Shown: positions 35,940 through 46,374 of the stretch, piece by piece
Numbering within the stretch: position 1 is the first letter of the stretch
Layout: the number at the start of each line of letters is the position of its first letter
NCBI GenBank assembly: GCA_002011425.1
Contig: MTNJ01000053.1
Coordinates: 11,418-75,417, forward strand
Reading direction: 5' to 3'
Source: Candidatus Acetothermia bacterium JdFR-48
GTDB lineage: Bacteria > Bipolaricaulota > Bipolaricaulia > Bipolaricaulales > Bipolaricaulaceae
DNA: 64,000 nucleotides
Made by a program: the position numbers and the translations under genes
Notes under the pieces: generated by a model
What the model was told of the DNA's origin: nothing
The model's database searches: none
The model's input: only the letters and a program-made list of their open reading frames with translations

Positions 35940-36689
35940 TTAGCCGAATAAATCGAGGATGGCACTTGGGCGGTCGGAATAGGTGAGGTAAAGCGACCCG
36001 TCCCAGTGCTCGAGATACCGGGCCACGGTCTCCAAAGCTAGAGAGGGCTTATTGTTCTCCTGGGAGAGGTGGGCGAGGAAGACAGCGCGGACTTCGTCGG
36101 AAAGTTCCGTCAAGGCTGAACCGGCAGCGTCGTTGGAGAGGTGGCCCAGGGGGCCGAGGATGCGGAGCTTCAACGGCCAGGGATAGGGCCCGGTGAGGAG
36201 CATCTCGAGGTCGTGGTTCGCCTCGAAGACGAGGGCTCGGCAACCCGTGAGGGCCCTGAGCACGGAGTCGGTCGCCTCGCCGAGGTCGGTAGCAATTCCT
36301 ACTTTCACCCCATCGAGCTCGAGAAGGATCCCCCGGGGATCCTGAGCATCATGGGGGACGCGGAAGGAAGAGACTTTGAGACCGGCCACTTCCACCTCCC
36401 CGTTTAAGGGGATCGCTCGGCGGAACCTGTGTCCCAGTGCTCGCAACGTCCTCGGGCTCGCGAGGATCACCGTCCCCCGCCGGTACAGAGTCCTCAAGCC
36501 CCGGATATGGTCCGCGTGCTCATGGGTGAGAATCAAGGTCTCGAGGGCGTCGAGGGGGAACCCCGCCCGCCCCGCCCGGGCCTTTACCTCCCGCCACGAG
36601 AACCCGGCGTCCACAAGGATATAACCCCTCGGGCCTTCCACGAGGACCGCGTTCCCCGAGGAACCGCTCCCTAGAACGCAGAGTCTCAA
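35940..36689 (-). CDS. MBL-fold metallo-hydrolase
   Basis: MRLCVLGSGSSGNAVLVEG and LILTHEHADHIRG (HxHxDH). Confidence 0.8.
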   Translation of the reverse strand: MRLCVLGSGSSGNAVLVEGPRGYILVDAGFSWREVKARAGRAGFPLDALETLILTHEHADHIRGLRTLYRRGTVILASPRTLRALGHRFRRAIPLNGEVEVAGLKVSSFRVPHDAQDPRGILLELDGVKVGIATDLGEATDSVLRALTGCRALVFEANHDLEMLLTGPYPWPLKLRILGPLGHLSNDAAGSALTELSDEVRAVFLAHLSQENNKPSLALETVARYLEHWDGSLYLTYSDRPSAILDLFG

Positions 36690-36699
36690 CTTGAACTCC

Positions 36700-37458
36700 T
36701 CACTCGCTGGATTTGCTTGCCCCTCGCAGGGCGGACAGTAGATCTATGGGCACGGGGAATACCACGGTAGTGGCGTTCTCGGTGGCGATTTCGGAGAGAG
36801 TTTGAAGGTACCGCAGCTGGAGGGCCCCGGGGGAGCGTTGCATGATCTCCGCGGCCTGGCGGAGCTTCTCCGCCGCCTGCAGCTCTCCTTCCGCGTTGAT
36901 GATTTTGGAGCGGCGTTCCCGCTCGGCCTCGGCCTGGCGGGCGATGGCCCGTTGCATCTCTTGGGGGATCTTCACGTCCTTGATCTCCACGGTGATCACC
37001 TTGATCCCCCAGGGATCGGTATGTTCGTCGATGATCCGCTGGAGCTCCTGATTAAGCTTCTCGCGTTCGGAGAGGATCTCGTCCAGCTCCACTTTGCCGA
37101 GCACTGACCGAAGGGTGGTCATGGAAATCTGGCGGGTAGCCTCGATGAAGTCCATCACCTGGACCACCGCGTCGGTGGGGTTCATCACCCGGAAGTAGAC
37201 TACGGCGTTCACGTGTACGGGGACGTTGTCGCGGGTGATCACCTCCTGGGGCGGGACGTCCAGGGTAATGGTCCGGAGGTCCACCTTCACCATCTTGTCC
37301 ACGATGGGAATGATGAAAAAGAGGCCCGGGCCCTTCGCTCCCACGAGTCTACCCAAACGGAATATCACGCCCCGTTCATATTCACGCACGATCTTGATAG
37401 CGCTGGAAAGGAATGTGATAATAATCCCTACGACAATCGCTATCCCCAACAGGCTCAT
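36700..37458 (-). CDS. SPFH/band-7 (stomatin-like) membrane protein
   Basis: N-terminal TM segment, then [28 protein letters not shown] and a coiled-coil [20 protein letters not shown]. No NfeD partner is adjacent. Confidence 0.9.
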   Translation of the reverse strand: MSLLGIAIVVGIIITFLSSAIKIVREYERGVIFRLGRLVGAKGPGLFFIIPIVDKMVKVDLRTITLDVPPQEVITRDNVPVHVNAVVYFRVMNPTDAVVQVMDFIEATRQISMTTLRSVLGKVELDEILSEREKLNQELQRIIDEHTDPWGIKVITVEIKDVKIPQEMQRAIARQAEAERERRSKIINAEGELQAAEKLRQAAEIMQRSPGALQLRYLQTLSEIATENATTVVFPVPIDLLSALRGASKSSE

Positions 37459-37565
37459 TCACGCCTCCTTTCAGCTGAATCATAGGTGTCCACGTCGCAA
37501 GCGTCAATCCAGTCGGAGGATTTATGTCCTTCGCTTTTACCGTTGTGAAGTGCTCAAACGGGATC

Positions 37566-37594
37566 TTATCAAAGTCCCTTTTTCGCGGTATAAT
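37566..37594 (+). promoter_or_regulatory. Putative sigA promoter
   Basis: TTATCA (37566-37571), 17 nt spacer, TATAAT (37589-37594). About 55 nt of leader with AAGAGGTGG before the ATG at 37656. Confidence 0.5.
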
Positions 37595-37613
37595 GGCATC
37601 GCTCAGGATGACA

Positions 37614-37633
37614 ATAAAGGCAAAAGCCTTTAT
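37614..37633 (+). other. Perfect 8 bp hairpin in the sigA 5' UTR
   Basis: ATAAAGGC-aaaa-GCCTTTAT, 12 nt upstream of the SD. Not followed by a T-run, so it does not look like a terminator. Confidence 0.3.
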
Positions 37634-37655
37634 CCAATAAAAAAGAGGTGGTCCT

Positions 37656-38606
37656 ATGGGCAACGTGAAGGAGAAGGAACTGAACGCCAAAGAATATCTC
37701 GAGAATCTCGAGGCCGAGGAGGAGCTCTGGGAATGGGAGGAGGAAGAGGAGCATCACCGCTCCCCGGAGAATCCTATCCGTACCTATTTCGACGAGATCT
37801 CGAGGGTTCCCCTCCTCACCAAAGAGGAAGAAGTGGAACTCGCCAAGCGCGTGGAGGCCGGCGATAAGGTCGCCAAGGAGAAACTCGCCGAGGCGAACCT
37901 CCGCCTCGTCGTATCCATTGCTAAGAAGTACCGGGGCTGTGGCCTTCCCTTCCTCGACCTCATCCAGGAGGGGAACCTAGGCCTCATGAAGGCCATCGAG
38001 AAGTTCGACTGGCGTAAAGGATACAAGTTCTCCACCTACGCTACCTGGTGGATACGCCAGGCGATCCTGCGGGCGATCACCAACCGCTCCCGCACTATCC
38101 GTGTGCCCACGCACATCAATGAGCTCATCCGCAAGATCTACCAGGCCGAACGTGACCACATAAAGGAACACGGCGAGGCCCCTTCCCTGGAGGAGCTCGC
38201 CGACGAGCTCGAGACCACGGTGGAGAACATCATCAAAGCCAAGCGTACTGCCCATTACACCGCCTCCCTCGACACCCCCATCGGCTACGACGACGAGGGC
38301 TCGGTCTTGGGCGACTTCATCGCCGACGAGGGTGCCGTCTCCCCCACCAAGGAGACGTTCAAAGAGCTTCTCCAGCAGGAGCTCCGCCGAGCACTGAAGG
38401 AGTACCTCACCCCGAGGGAGCGCCGCATCCTCGAGCTCCGCTACGGCCTAGATGGCCAGCCTCCCAAGACCCTGGACGAAGTTGGGGAGATCTTCGGGAT
38501 CTCCCGTGAGAGGGTGCGCCAGATTCAAAAGGAAGCTCTGGAGAAGCTGAAGGGCTCGGAGCTCCTCCAGAAGCTCGAGCGCTTCAGGCTCCTGGCTGAG
38601 GAGTGA
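37656..38606 (+). CDS. sigA: Primary RNA polymerase sigma factor (group 1, short N-terminus)
   Basis: Region 2 motifs [56 protein letters not shown] and region 4.2 [24 protein letters not shown]. Acidic N-terminal tail. Confidence 0.95.
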   Translation: MGNVKEKELNAKEYLENLEAEEELWEWEEEEEHHRSPENPIRTYFDEISRVPLLTKEEEVELAKRVEAGDKVAKEKLAEANLRLVVSIAKKYRGCGLPFLDLIQEGNLGLMKAIEKFDWRKGYKFSTYATWWIRQAILRAITNRSRTIRVPTHINELIRKIYQAERDHIKEHGEAPSLEELADELETTVENIIKAKRTAHYTASLDTPIGYDDEGSVLGDFIADEGAVSPTKETFKELLQQELRRALKEYLTPRERRILELRYGLDGQPPKTLDEVGEIFGISRERVRQIQKEALEKLKGSELLQKLERFRLLAEE

Positions 38607-40845
38607 GGACCGGGGAGGGATTCTTACACGTCGGGTTGGAACAGATAAGCCCACGTCTGGGGTCCTCGTAGAGGACCCCTTTTTCACACCCCCCACAGGG
38701 TCCGACCGGCTTCCCCGGGAGGGTGAACTTGCATTCGGGGTAGTTGGAGCAGGCGTAGAAGGTGCGTCCGTTCTTGCGGGAGAAGCGCTCGACGAATTCC
38801 CCTTTGCCGCAGGAGGGGCAGGTAACCCCCGTGGGGACCGGCATGGTGTGGCCACAGGAGGGGCAGGCGAGGTACCGTCCGTAGCGGCCGTGCTTGACCT
38901 CCATCCTCCCCCCGCATTTCGGGCAGAGGACCGCCGGCCCCTCAGCGGCTTCGGCGAGCCCGGCGGCGAGTTCGATCCGGTCCCGCCGGTATCGGTACCG
39001 GAATCGGTGTGGTAGGGGCTGGGTGGTCTTGCACTCGGGGTATCGGCTACACCCGAGGTACAGAGAGCCCTTCCAGATCCGCACCTCCATGGGGGCGCCG
39101 CATCGGGGGCAGGAGTAGTCGGTGAGAGCGGCGAAGGCCCGCTCTCCCTTCTCCATCTTCGCTCGCACCACCCGCAGCCGCTCCGCGAGGGAGGCATAAA
39201 ATCGTTCGAGGACTTCGTGTCCGTCGAGTTCCCCCTCTTGAATCAGGTCGAGGGACTCCTCCATCTCCGCGGTGAAGCTCTCCTGGACCGTCTCGGGGAA
39301 GTACTTCCGGAGGAAGTCGGCCACGATGAACCCGAGGAGGGTGGGCCGCAACGCCCCCCTCTCCTTCACCACATACCCCCGCTCCTGGATCACCGACACG
39401 ATCTGGGCGTAGGTGCTCGGCCGGCCCACTCCTTCCTGCTCGAGCTTCTTCACGAGCGAGCCCTCGGTGTAGCGCTTCGGGGGTTCGGTGAACTTCTTCC
39501 GGTCCAGGACCTTCGCCGCGGGGATGGTGATCCCCTCTTTGAGTTCCTTCGGGAACGGGTTCCCCTCGTCCTCGAGCTTCCCTATTTTCAGCACCTCGGC
39601 GAACCCTTTGAAGACAGGGGAAGAGGTTGAGGCCACGAATTCATGGCCCGCGGCCTCCAGGGTCACTCGATACCGCTTCCAGATCCCATCGGCCATCTGG
39701 GTGGCGAGGAACCGCCTCCAGATGAGGTCGTAGAGCTTCCGCTGGTCCGGGGTGAGATATTGGCCGACCTCCGCAGGGGTACGGGAGACCTCCGTGGGCC
39801 GTATCGCCTCATGGGCGTCCTGTGATCTCTTCCTGTTCTTGAACACCCGGGGCCTGGACGCGAGATATTTCTTCCCGAAATTCTTCGCGATGTACTCCCG
39901 AGCAGCGGCGATGGCCCCCTCCGATACCCGGACGGAGTCCGTGCGCATATAGGTGATGAGTCCCACCGACTTTCCCCCGATCTCGACCCCTTCATAGAGC
40001 TCCTGGGCGACGCGCATGGTGCGGGAAGGGGCGAAGCCGAGCTCGCTCGCCGCGGCCTGCTGCAGGGTGGAGGTGATGAACGGCGCCGGGGGTTTTCTTA
40101 TGACCTCCTTTTCCTCCCAGGAGACGACTATGAACTCCGCCTGGGAAAGTTCCTTCTTGATGCGCTCCACCTCTGCCGGGTCCCTGAGCTTACCCTTGAG
40201 CCTGGCGGTGAAGGGGGGCTCGGTGGCGAACTCCACCTCGATCTCCCAAAAGGCCTCGGGGACGAACTCTTGGATCTCCAATTCCCGGTCGCAGATGAAC
40301 CGCAGGGCGACCGACTGAACCCGGCCCGCCGAGAGCCCCTCGTACTTACTCCCCGCGAGGACCAGCGAGAGGAGGGGGCTGATCTCATATCCCACTAGCC
40401 GGTCGAGGATCCTCCGGGTACGCTGGGCCTCCACCTTCCGGAGATCGATCTCACCGGGTTCTTCCAACGCGCGCTTCACTGCCTGGGGGGTTATCTCATG
40501 GAGGAGGATCCGCACGAATCTTTCCCGATTTCCATTGGAAAGCAATTCCATGAGGTCAAAGGCAATGGCCTCCCCCTCACGGTCGGGATCCGTGGCCAGA
40601 TAGACCCGCGTCGCGTCTGCGATGGCTTGCCTCAGCTCGCGAATGAGCTTCCGGTTCTTGATCACCCACTTGGGTTTGAACCCTCCTGTGATGTCTACCC
40701 CGAGTTCCTTCTCAGGGAGATCCCGCACGTGGCCCTTCGAGGAGAGGACGAGGTACCCCCGGCCCAGGTACTGGCCGATGGTGCGCGCTTTGGTCGGCGA
40801 CTCGACGATGACTACCTGTTTCATCTTCTGTTTGGCCCTGGACAT
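38584..40845 (-). CDS. topA: DNA topoisomerase I
   Basis: Toprim [13 protein letters not shown] and DPDREGE, active-site [10 protein letters not shown], and a C-terminal array of Cys4 zinc ribbons. The 3' end overlaps the sigA 3' end by 23 nt. Confidence 0.95.
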   Translation of the reverse strand: MSRAKQKMKQVVIVESPTKARTIGQYLGRGYLVLSSKGHVRDLPEKELGVDITGGFKPKWVIKNRKLIRELRQAIADATRVYLATDPDREGEAIAFDLMELLSNGNRERFVRILLHEITPQAVKRALEEPGEIDLRKVEAQRTRRILDRLVGYEISPLLSLVLAGSKYEGLSAGRVQSVALRFICDRELEIQEFVPEAFWEIEVEFATEPPFTARLKGKLRDPAEVERIKKELSQAEFIVVSWEEKEVIRKPPAPFITSTLQQAAASELGFAPSRTMRVAQELYEGVEIGGKSVGLITYMRTDSVRVSEGAIAAAREYIAKNFGKKYLASRPRVFKNRKRSQDAHEAIRPTEVSRTPAEVGQYLTPDQRKLYDLIWRRFLATQMADGIWKRYRVTLEAAGHEFVASTSSPVFKGFAEVLKIGKLEDEGNPFPKELKEGITIPAAKVLDRKKFTEPPKRYTEGSLVKKLEQEGVGRPSTYAQIVSVIQERGYVVKERGALRPTLLGFIVADFLRKYFPETVQESFTAEMEESLDLIQEGELDGHEVLERFYASLAERLRVVRAKMEKGERAFAALTDYSCPRCGAPMEVRIWKGSLYLGCSRYPECKTTQPLPHRFRYRYRRDRIELAAGLAEAAEGPAVLCPKCGGRMEVKHGRYGRYLACPSCGHTMPVPTGVTCPSCGKGEFVERFSRKNGRTFYACSNYPECKFTLPGKPVGPCGGCEKGVLYEDPRRGLICSNPTCKNPSPVLTPQPGA

Positions 40846-41462
40846 TACCGCCTACCATCGCCTTTTACAACCCGTCGTGGCCTCCAACCGAACTCCAAGA
40901 GCATCCGGTAGAGGACCTCCAAGGGGAGTCCCATCACGTTGAAGAAGTCCCCCTCGAGCCCGGTGACGAAGGCCGAGGCCCTCCCCTGGATCGCGTAGGC
41001 CCCGGCCTTGTCTAACACCTCTTCGCAAGAAAGGTACCAGGAGATCTCCTCGGGGGAGAGGTCTCGGAACCGAACCCGGGTGAGGACGAGTTCGTGCAGC
41101 TCCAACTCTCCCCATTTGAGAACTAGACCGGTGTATACATGGTGCCAATCGCCCGAGAGCTGGGTGAGCATCCAGCGGGCCTCGTCCAGGTCCCGCGGCT
41201 TCCCGAAGTGGCGGCCACGGTGGAAGACCCCAGTGTCCGCTCCGATCACCAGTTCTTCCGGTGAACATCGCGCTTCCTCTGCCTTCAACCGGGCCGCACG
41301 GACCAAATCCATAGGCCGTCGTATCTCCCCCTCCTCCACCGCGGGTGGACGCACCGCGAATACCGGAACGATCAGGCGTAAAAGCTCTATCCGGCGCGGT
41401 GAGGAAGAGGCAAGGACGATCCTTTGTCCACCGCCAGGGCTTGCGCGATAATTCGAGGTCAT
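40845..41462 (-). CDS. maf: Maf-like nucleoside-triphosphate pyrophosphatase
   Basis: IVLASSSPRRIELL, GADTGV, GAYAIQG. Two possible ATGs (41471 and 41462). 41462 is preferred because a TATAAA box lies 8 nt upstream of it. Confidence 0.85.
   Translation of the reverse strand: MTSNYRASPGGGQRIVLASSSPRRIELLRLIVPVFAVRPPAVEEGEIRRPMDLVRAARLKAEEARCSPEELVIGADTGVFHRGRHFGKPRDLDEARWMLTQLSGDWHHVYTGLVLKWGELELHELVLTRVRFRDLSPEEISWYLSCEEVLDKAGAYAIQGRASAFVTGLEGDFFNVMGLPLEVLYRMLLEFGWRPRRVVKGDGRR
41424..41452 (+). promoter_or_regulatory. Putative promoter of the deacetylase gene, embedded in the maf 5' coding region; leaderless
   Basis: TTGTCC (41424-41429), 17 nt spacer, GATAAT (41447-41452), then 8 nt to the ATG at 41461. 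Confidence 0.4.
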
Positions 41463-42330
41463 GGAAATCATTTATAGCCCGCGGTGCCTTGAATACCAAC
41501 AGGTTTGGCACCCTGAATCCCCGGCGCGTGTACGCATCGCCTCCCAATACTTGGAGAACAAGGGCTTCCCCTTCTTGGAGCCGGAGCCGGCGCACGACGA
41601 GGAGCTCCTCACCGTCCACGCGGAGAACCACATAAGACGTATCGACTCAGGAAATTTTTTTGACCCGGACTGCCCTCAATATCCGAACATCGATTTCTAC
41701 GCCCGGCTCGCGGTGGGGGGGGCGATCCTGGCACAGCGGCGTCGGGGATTTTCTCTCATGCGGCCCCCGGGCCACCACGCGGGGCCCCACTTCCTCGGTG
41801 GCTTCTGTTACTTCAACAACATCGCTGTGGCGATCCGGGTTTCGGGGATGCGGACCCTCATCGTCGACATCGATGGCCACCACGGGAACGGTACCCAGGC
41901 CGTCTTCTTAGGAGATGAACAGGTGATCTACGTTTCGCTTCATCAACGTTGGAACTACCCCGGTACCGGGCTCGAGTCGCGCGAGAACTGTCTCAATTAC
42001 CCCCTTCCTGCCCGTTGTGGGGCGGAGACGTTCATTTCCACATTGGAACGAGCGCTGGAGGAGGCGGGAAAGAAGGGTCCGTTTGAACAGCTCGCGATCT
42101 CCGCTGGGTTCGATACCTACAAGGACGATCCCCTGGCCTCCATGGGGCTCGAGGTGGAGGATTACCGGAAGATCGGACGACTCCTCGGGAAATTAAGACT
42201 CCCCACCTTCGCGGTATTGGAGGGTGGTTACGTTCCGGAGATCATCGGTCCCGCGGTGGAGGTCCTCATCTCGGGCCTGGAGGAAGGAGGAGCCCTCACA
42301 GGTCCCGAGCCTCGCCCACGAGAGGAATAA
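41461..42330 (+). CDS. Histone-deacetylase-family (class I/II, AcuC/Aph-like) deacetylase
   Basis: HPESPARV, RPPGHHAG, DIDGHHGNGTQ, and LEGGY near the C-terminus. Confidence 0.85.
   Translation: MEIIYSPRCLEYQQVWHPESPARVRIASQYLENKGFPFLEPEPAHDEELLTVHAENHIRRIDSGNFFDPDCPQYPNIDFYARLAVGGAILAQRRRGFSLMRPPGHHAGPHFLGGFCYFNNIAVAIRVSGMRTLIVDIDGHHGNGTQAVFLGDEQVIYVSLHQRWNYPGTGLESRENCLNYPLPARCGAETFISTLERALEEAGKKGPFEQLAISAGFDTYKDDPLASMGLEVEDYRKIGRLLGKLRLPTFAVLEGGYVPEIIGPAVEVLISGLEEGGALTGPEPRPREE
41471..41499 (-). promoter_or_regulatory. Putative maf promoter, embedded in the deacetylase 5' coding region; leaderless
   Basis: On the minus strand: TTGGTA (41499-41494), 17 nt spacer, TATAAA (41476-41471), then 8 nt to the ATG at 41462. 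Confidence 0.4.
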
Positions 42331-42892
42331 CTGCCTCAGCTAGATCTCCGTAGTGTACGGTGAGAGGCTGGGTCGGGTTGAACTCTTCTCCCAGGAGGAC
42401 TATCGCGGCCACGGGCTTTCCGAAATAGACCTCCCCCGCGAGGAAATCGCCGTCTACGTTGACGAAACTCTCGGCCGTAGGCCGTATTTCCCCTTCGCCC
42501 TGCGAGAACCAGATGGCCAAGGGATCGAAACGCACCACCGGGACCAGAGGGATCTGGCTGTAGGCCCAGATCAACACGGCATTTTTGTTCACATAATCGA
42601 GGAGGATATCACGCCACCGAGTACGGGATTCCACCGCCCGCTCGTCGATATAAACGAAAACAAAAAGCACTCGCTGCGGCGCCCCTACACTTTCGGGGGG
42701 AATCTCCACCGGAAGCACCGCCACTACCTCCCGGGGGAGGCCCGTTTCCCGCAGATTCTCATACCATTGCTCTTCTGTTTGGCCGCCGAGAGAAGCCTGA
42801 GCCCACGCGGCTCCGACGCAAAAGGTGAATACCGCCAGCGCCGGAAGGAGGCGCCTCACCCTACGGACAGCACCACCAACCGACGAAGGCAC
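42296..42892 (-). CDS. Hypothetical secreted protein
   Basis: 198 aa with a signal peptide RRLLPALAVFTFCVGAAWAQA and no recognisable family. The 3' end overlaps the deacetylase 3' end by 35 nt. Confidence 0.5.
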   Translation of the reverse strand: MPSSVGGAVRRVRRLLPALAVFTFCVGAAWAQASLGGQTEEQWYENLRETGLPREVVAVLPVEIPPESVGAPQRVLFVFVYIDERAVESRTRWRDILLDYVNKNAVLIWAYSQIPLVPVVRFDPLAIWFSQGEGEIRPTAESFVNVDGDFLAGEVYFGKPVAAIVLLGEEFNPTQPLTVHYGDLAEAVIPLVGEARDL

Positions 42893-43024
42893 CGAGCCAG
42901 ACTAGCCACCAAACCAGCAGAAGAAGCCACCACGCGCCACAACACATGTTCCCGTCACCCCCTTGACGATTCTCCTCATTACTATAGCCGCAGTGAACTT
43001 CCTTGCCAAGTGTTACCCGTTACA

Positions 43025-43053
43025 TTGCGTTCCTAAAAATGGGGATCTATAAT
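43025..43053 (+). promoter_or_regulatory. Putative promoter of the NitT/TauT-type ABC operon; near-leaderless
   Basis: TTGCGT (43025-43030), 17 nt spacer, TATAAT (43048-43053), then 9 nt to the ATG at 43063. No SD. Confidence 0.4.
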
Positions 43054-43062
43054 GGGTGTGCC

Positions 43063-44076
43063 ATGCGAAAGTCACATTGGATTCTAGCTTTTTGCGCACT
43101 CCTCGCTCTGAGTACCGATGCAGAAACGGTGCGGATGTCTCTCACCCCTATATTGGGATCAGCTCCTGTACTCTACGCGGTGGAATGGGGCATGTTCGCT
43201 GAAGAAGGGCTTGAGGTGGAGCTCATTCCCCTGGCTTCTCAACGTGACAGGATCTTCGCCTTCCAGGCGGGCCAGGTGGACGTGATAGTCACCGATGTGG
43301 CCTCGGTAGTCCTGCTCGCGGCCCGGGGGCATCCCCTGGTCGTCGCCACCGCTTTCGTCCCTGAGAACCCAGGGACTCAGTTCTCCATTCTCGTTCAAAC
43401 TAAATACTCGGGTGTGAAGACGCTGGAAGACCTCGTGGGACTCCTGGGGAGCCGGAATTTCTTTCGGATAGCGTTGCCCCTTCAATCCGACATAGAGTTC
43501 GCCACCGACATGGCTCTCGGAGCCCGGGGCTTCGAACCCGATCCACGCATTTATTTCGGCCAAGACAACCTCTTCATCATGGCCTCTATGGTGGTTTACG
43601 GGATGGTGGCGGCCGCAGTATTGCCTGAGCCATACGCGAGTTTCTCCCGCGAATTCGCGCAAGCCGAGGGCTTCGGCCTCATCGTTCTCGAGGACTTCAC
43701 CGGAGTCCCAATCCTTCCACATCTCATCGTGTTTCAACGGGACTTCGTGGAGAAAAACCCGGATACAGTACGGAGATTTCTGCACGCTTTTGGTGCTGCC
43801 GCGGCCAGGATGAACGAAGAGAGCAAAGAAGGGCTCCTTACCCTGGGAGCACCCGAGGTCCTCCGTCTTTTTTATCGAGGGCTGGACCCCGAGCAAGTGT
43901 TGGCACATCCAAGCGTTCAAGCGGCCATCGAGGCCGTCACCGTCCCCCATTTCTCCATGCCAGGCCCCCTCGACCGTGAGATCTACGAGCTCGTGCACCA
44001 ATGGGCTCTGTCCAAGGGCTATGTGCGGGTCGAACATCCCTATGAGGAGGTAGTGACCGGCGAGTTCGTGGAATGA
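43063..44076 (+). CDS. ABC transporter substrate-binding protein (NMT1/THI5-like, NitT/TauT family)
   Basis: Signal peptide MRKSHWILAFCALLALSTDA plus an SsuA/THI5-like body. ORF-track upstream codons (TTG at 43003) precede the putative -10 box. Confidence 0.8.
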   Translation: MRKSHWILAFCALLALSTDAETVRMSLTPILGSAPVLYAVEWGMFAEEGLEVELIPLASQRDRIFAFQAGQVDVIVTDVASVVLLAARGHPLVVATAFVPENPGTQFSILVQTKYSGVKTLEDLVGLLGSRNFFRIALPLQSDIEFATDMALGARGFEPDPRIYFGQDNLFIMASMVVYGMVAAAVLPEPYASFSREFAQAEGFGLIVLEDFTGVPILPHLIVFQRDFVEKNPDTVRRFLHAFGAAAARMNEESKEGLLTLGAPEVLRLFYRGLDPEQVLAHPSVQAAIEAVTVPHFSMPGPLDREIYELVHQWALSKGYVRVEHPYEEVVTGEFVE

Positions 44077-44813
44077 TTTCGGTAGAAGGCCTCAGAATCG
44101 AGTACGGGCGCGGTAGGCGTCGGACTCTCGCCGTCGAGCGAGTCGACTTTCAGGTGGCTGATGGTGAGTTCGTAGCGCTTATTGGGCCCTCGGGTTGCGG
44201 GAAGACTTCGATCCTCTTGGCCATCGAGGGGATCATCAAGCCCACCGCAGGGCGGATCTTGATCCAGGGGGAAGGCGTGAGGGGTGTCCGGCGGGATGTT
44301 GCCTTCATCACCCAAGATGCGGGGCTCCTCCCCTGGAAGACGGTGCGTCAGAACGCCGAGCTCGCCCTGCGATTGCAACACCGCCCCCGTGAAGGGGTGC
44401 AGGAGATACTGAAGACCTTGGGCCTCGGGGGCTTTGAAAACCGTTACCCCGCGGAGCTCTCCGAGGGTATGCGCCGGCGAGTGGGGATCGCGAGGGCCTT
44501 GGCCCTGCGACCGGAGGTCTTCCTCATGGATGAGCCCATGGCGAACTTGGATACTTTAACGCGCGAACGGATCCAGGAGATCATCCTGCGTCTCTGGCAC
44601 ATGTACCGCTTCGCCGGAGTGCTCGTCACCCACGATATCGAGGAAGCAGCCTTCTTGGGTCAACGCATCATCATCCTCTCGCCACGGCCCGCCAGAGTTG
44701 TGGAGGTGATCGAGAACCCGGAGATGGGGGAAGCGGAATACCGCCGCTCGCCGATGTTCTACCGGATAGTGGCGCGAGCACGGGAGATCCTCAAATCACA
44801 GGAGGGTCGATGA
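44073..44813 (+). CDS. ABC transporter ATP-binding protein (NitT/TauT family)
   Basis: Walker A GPSGCGKTS, signature LSEGMRRRVGIARAL, Walker B FLMDEPMANLD, H-loop VTHD. ATGA overlap with the SBP gene. Confidence 0.9.
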   Translation: MISVEGLRIEYGRGRRRTLAVERVDFQVADGEFVALIGPSGCGKTSILLAIEGIIKPTAGRILIQGEGVRGVRRDVAFITQDAGLLPWKTVRQNAELALRLQHRPREGVQEILKTLGLGGFENRYPAELSEGMRRRVGIARALALRPEVFLMDEPMANLDTLTRERIQEIILRLWHMYRFAGVLVTHDIEEAAFLGQRIIILSPRPARVVEVIENPEMGEAEYRRSPMFYRIVARAREILKSQEGR

Positions 44814-45574
44814 GACAGTCTTTTCATTACCTCGCGGCGGCATTCGCGATTTTCCTCTTTTGGACCTTGATGTCGTTTGCGCTGGAACTCTCGCGGGGGT
44901 GGCCCCTCATCCCCTACCCTTGGAACGTCGCCGCCGCCGGGGTCCAGTATTGGAATCAATGGATTGCAGCGTTCGCTTCCTCGGCTAGGCGGTTCTTCAT
45001 TTCCCTCATCTTGTCCTTCGCCACTGGCCTTCCCCTCGGGCTTCTAGTGGGGGCAAGCGAACGCTTACATCGCTGGTTTTCGCCCCTAATCTACCTTCTC
45101 TACCCCATTCCCCCCATCGCCCTACTCTTCTTCCTCTACATGGCCTTTGGAGTTGGAGAAATGGTGAAGGTGATCACCGTGAGCCTCACCCTCTTCTTTC
45201 AAGTGTTGGTGGCGGCCCACGGGGCGGCGAAGAACATCTCGCCGAGCTATATCCTAGCAGTCAAGGCTGCGGGGGCGAACAGCTTACAGCTCCATCGCCA
45301 CGTCATCTTCCCCGCGGTCCTCCCGGAAGTCTTCACCGCCGCCCGAGTGTCTGTAGGCTTGGGGATAACCATGCTTTACATCGCGGAGACGAAGCTGGGG
45401 ATCCTGGGCGGCCCAGGGGCGGGACTCGGGGGATTTATCGAGACCTACGCAATGCGCACCGATCTATCCTTGGCCGGAGTGGTGGGCCTGGCCTTCCTGG
45501 GGCTCGCCTTTTACGTGCTCCTCGAGTTACTGGAGCGTTGGCTCTGTCGGTGGAAATATGCCGGGAAGGGTTAA
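44810..45574 (+). CDS. ABC transporter permease (NitT/TauT family)
   Basis: 254 aa with 6 TM segments and an EAA-like loop AVKAAGANSLQLHRHVIFPAVLPE. ATGA overlap with the ATPase gene. Confidence 0.85.
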   Translation: MRQSFHYLAAAFAIFLFWTLMSFALELSRGWPLIPYPWNVAAAGVQYWNQWIAAFASSARRFFISLILSFATGLPLGLLVGASERLHRWFSPLIYLLYPIPPIALLFFLYMAFGVGEMVKVITVSLTLFFQVLVAAHGAAKNISPSYILAVKAAGANSLQLHRHVIFPAVLPEVFTAARVSVGLGITMLYIAETKLGILGGPGAGLGGFIETYAMRTDLSLAGVVGLAFLGLAFYVLLELLERWLCRWKYAGKG

Positions 45575-46370
45575 GGGCACGGTCCTCTTCGTCTATAACC
45601 AACGAAAGCGGGGAGCGGCGAAGGTCGCCACCCAAGGGAAGCGCTGGTGTCGGGCCCATGGGATTCCGGCCCGGACGACACCCCGGCGAGCGATTGAGCT
45701 CGACGACGTTTCCCTGGTCGTCGCCATCGGGGGAGATGGGACTCTATTACGTGTGGCGAGCGCTATCTATCCTCGCGAGGTCCCCATCTTCGGGGTCAAC
45801 GTCGGTGGAGCACTCGGGTTTTTGAGCGCCGGGGGCCCCGAAGACATCGTCCCTCTGCTCGAGGAGTACATAGCGGGAAATTTTCGGATGGAACCAAGAT
45901 TACGCCTTCTCCTGGAGACAGGGGAGGAGAGGTTCAGCGCGCTGAACGATGTCGTCTTCACTGGTCCAGGTTCCTACCATTTCACCCAGCTCGAGGCGTT
46001 GATCGAAGGGGACCGGGCCCTAGCCTTTTCCGGGGATGGCCTTATCGTCTCAACCCCCACTGGATCTACCGCCTATGCCCTCGCATGTGGAGGACCACTC
46101 CTCCACCCGAGCACAGAGGCATTGCTCCTGGTGCCCCTCGCGCCACACGCCCTCAAAGTGCGGCCAGTCCTCGTGCCCCCGGATGTGACGGTGGAAGTGA
46201 AGGCCCTTTACGCAACCAACGTCTTCGTGGATGGCGACAAGATCTTCTCCCTGAAACAGGGGCAGACCGTTTCCATCAGGAAAGCACCACTATGTACCAT
46301 GCTCGTGAGGTTCCCACGGGAGCCAAATTTCTTCGAGAGGGTCGCGCACTGTTTCGGCTGGCCTCTCTGA
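45558..46370 (+). CDS. nadK: NAD(+) kinase
   Basis: VVAIGGDGTLLR, NVGGALGFL, GDGLIVSTPTGSTAYALACGGP. Confidence 0.9.
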   Translation: MPGRVKGTVLFVYNQRKRGAAKVATQGKRWCRAHGIPARTTPRRAIELDDVSLVVAIGGDGTLLRVASAIYPREVPIFGVNVGGALGFLSAGGPEDIVPLLEEYIAGNFRMEPRLRLLLETGEERFSALNDVVFTGPGSYHFTQLEALIEGDRALAFSGDGLIVSTPTGSTAYALACGGPLLHPSTEALLLVPLAPHALKVRPVLVPPDVTVEVKALYATNVFVDGDKIFSLKQGQTVSIRKAPLCTMLVRFPREPNFFERVAHCFGWPL

Positions 46371-46374
46371 GAGT

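Noticed and set aside
37690-37760. Purine-rich GAGGAG/GAAGAG repeats (and the AAT/CAT run at 24865-24900) examined as possible tandem repeats or CRISPR-like sequence
   Set aside because: They are in-frame, low-complexity coding sequence: the acidic tail [16 protein letters not shown] of sigA and the N/H-rich N-terminus of the HEAT protein. No repeat-spacer periodicity is seen anywhere in the window.
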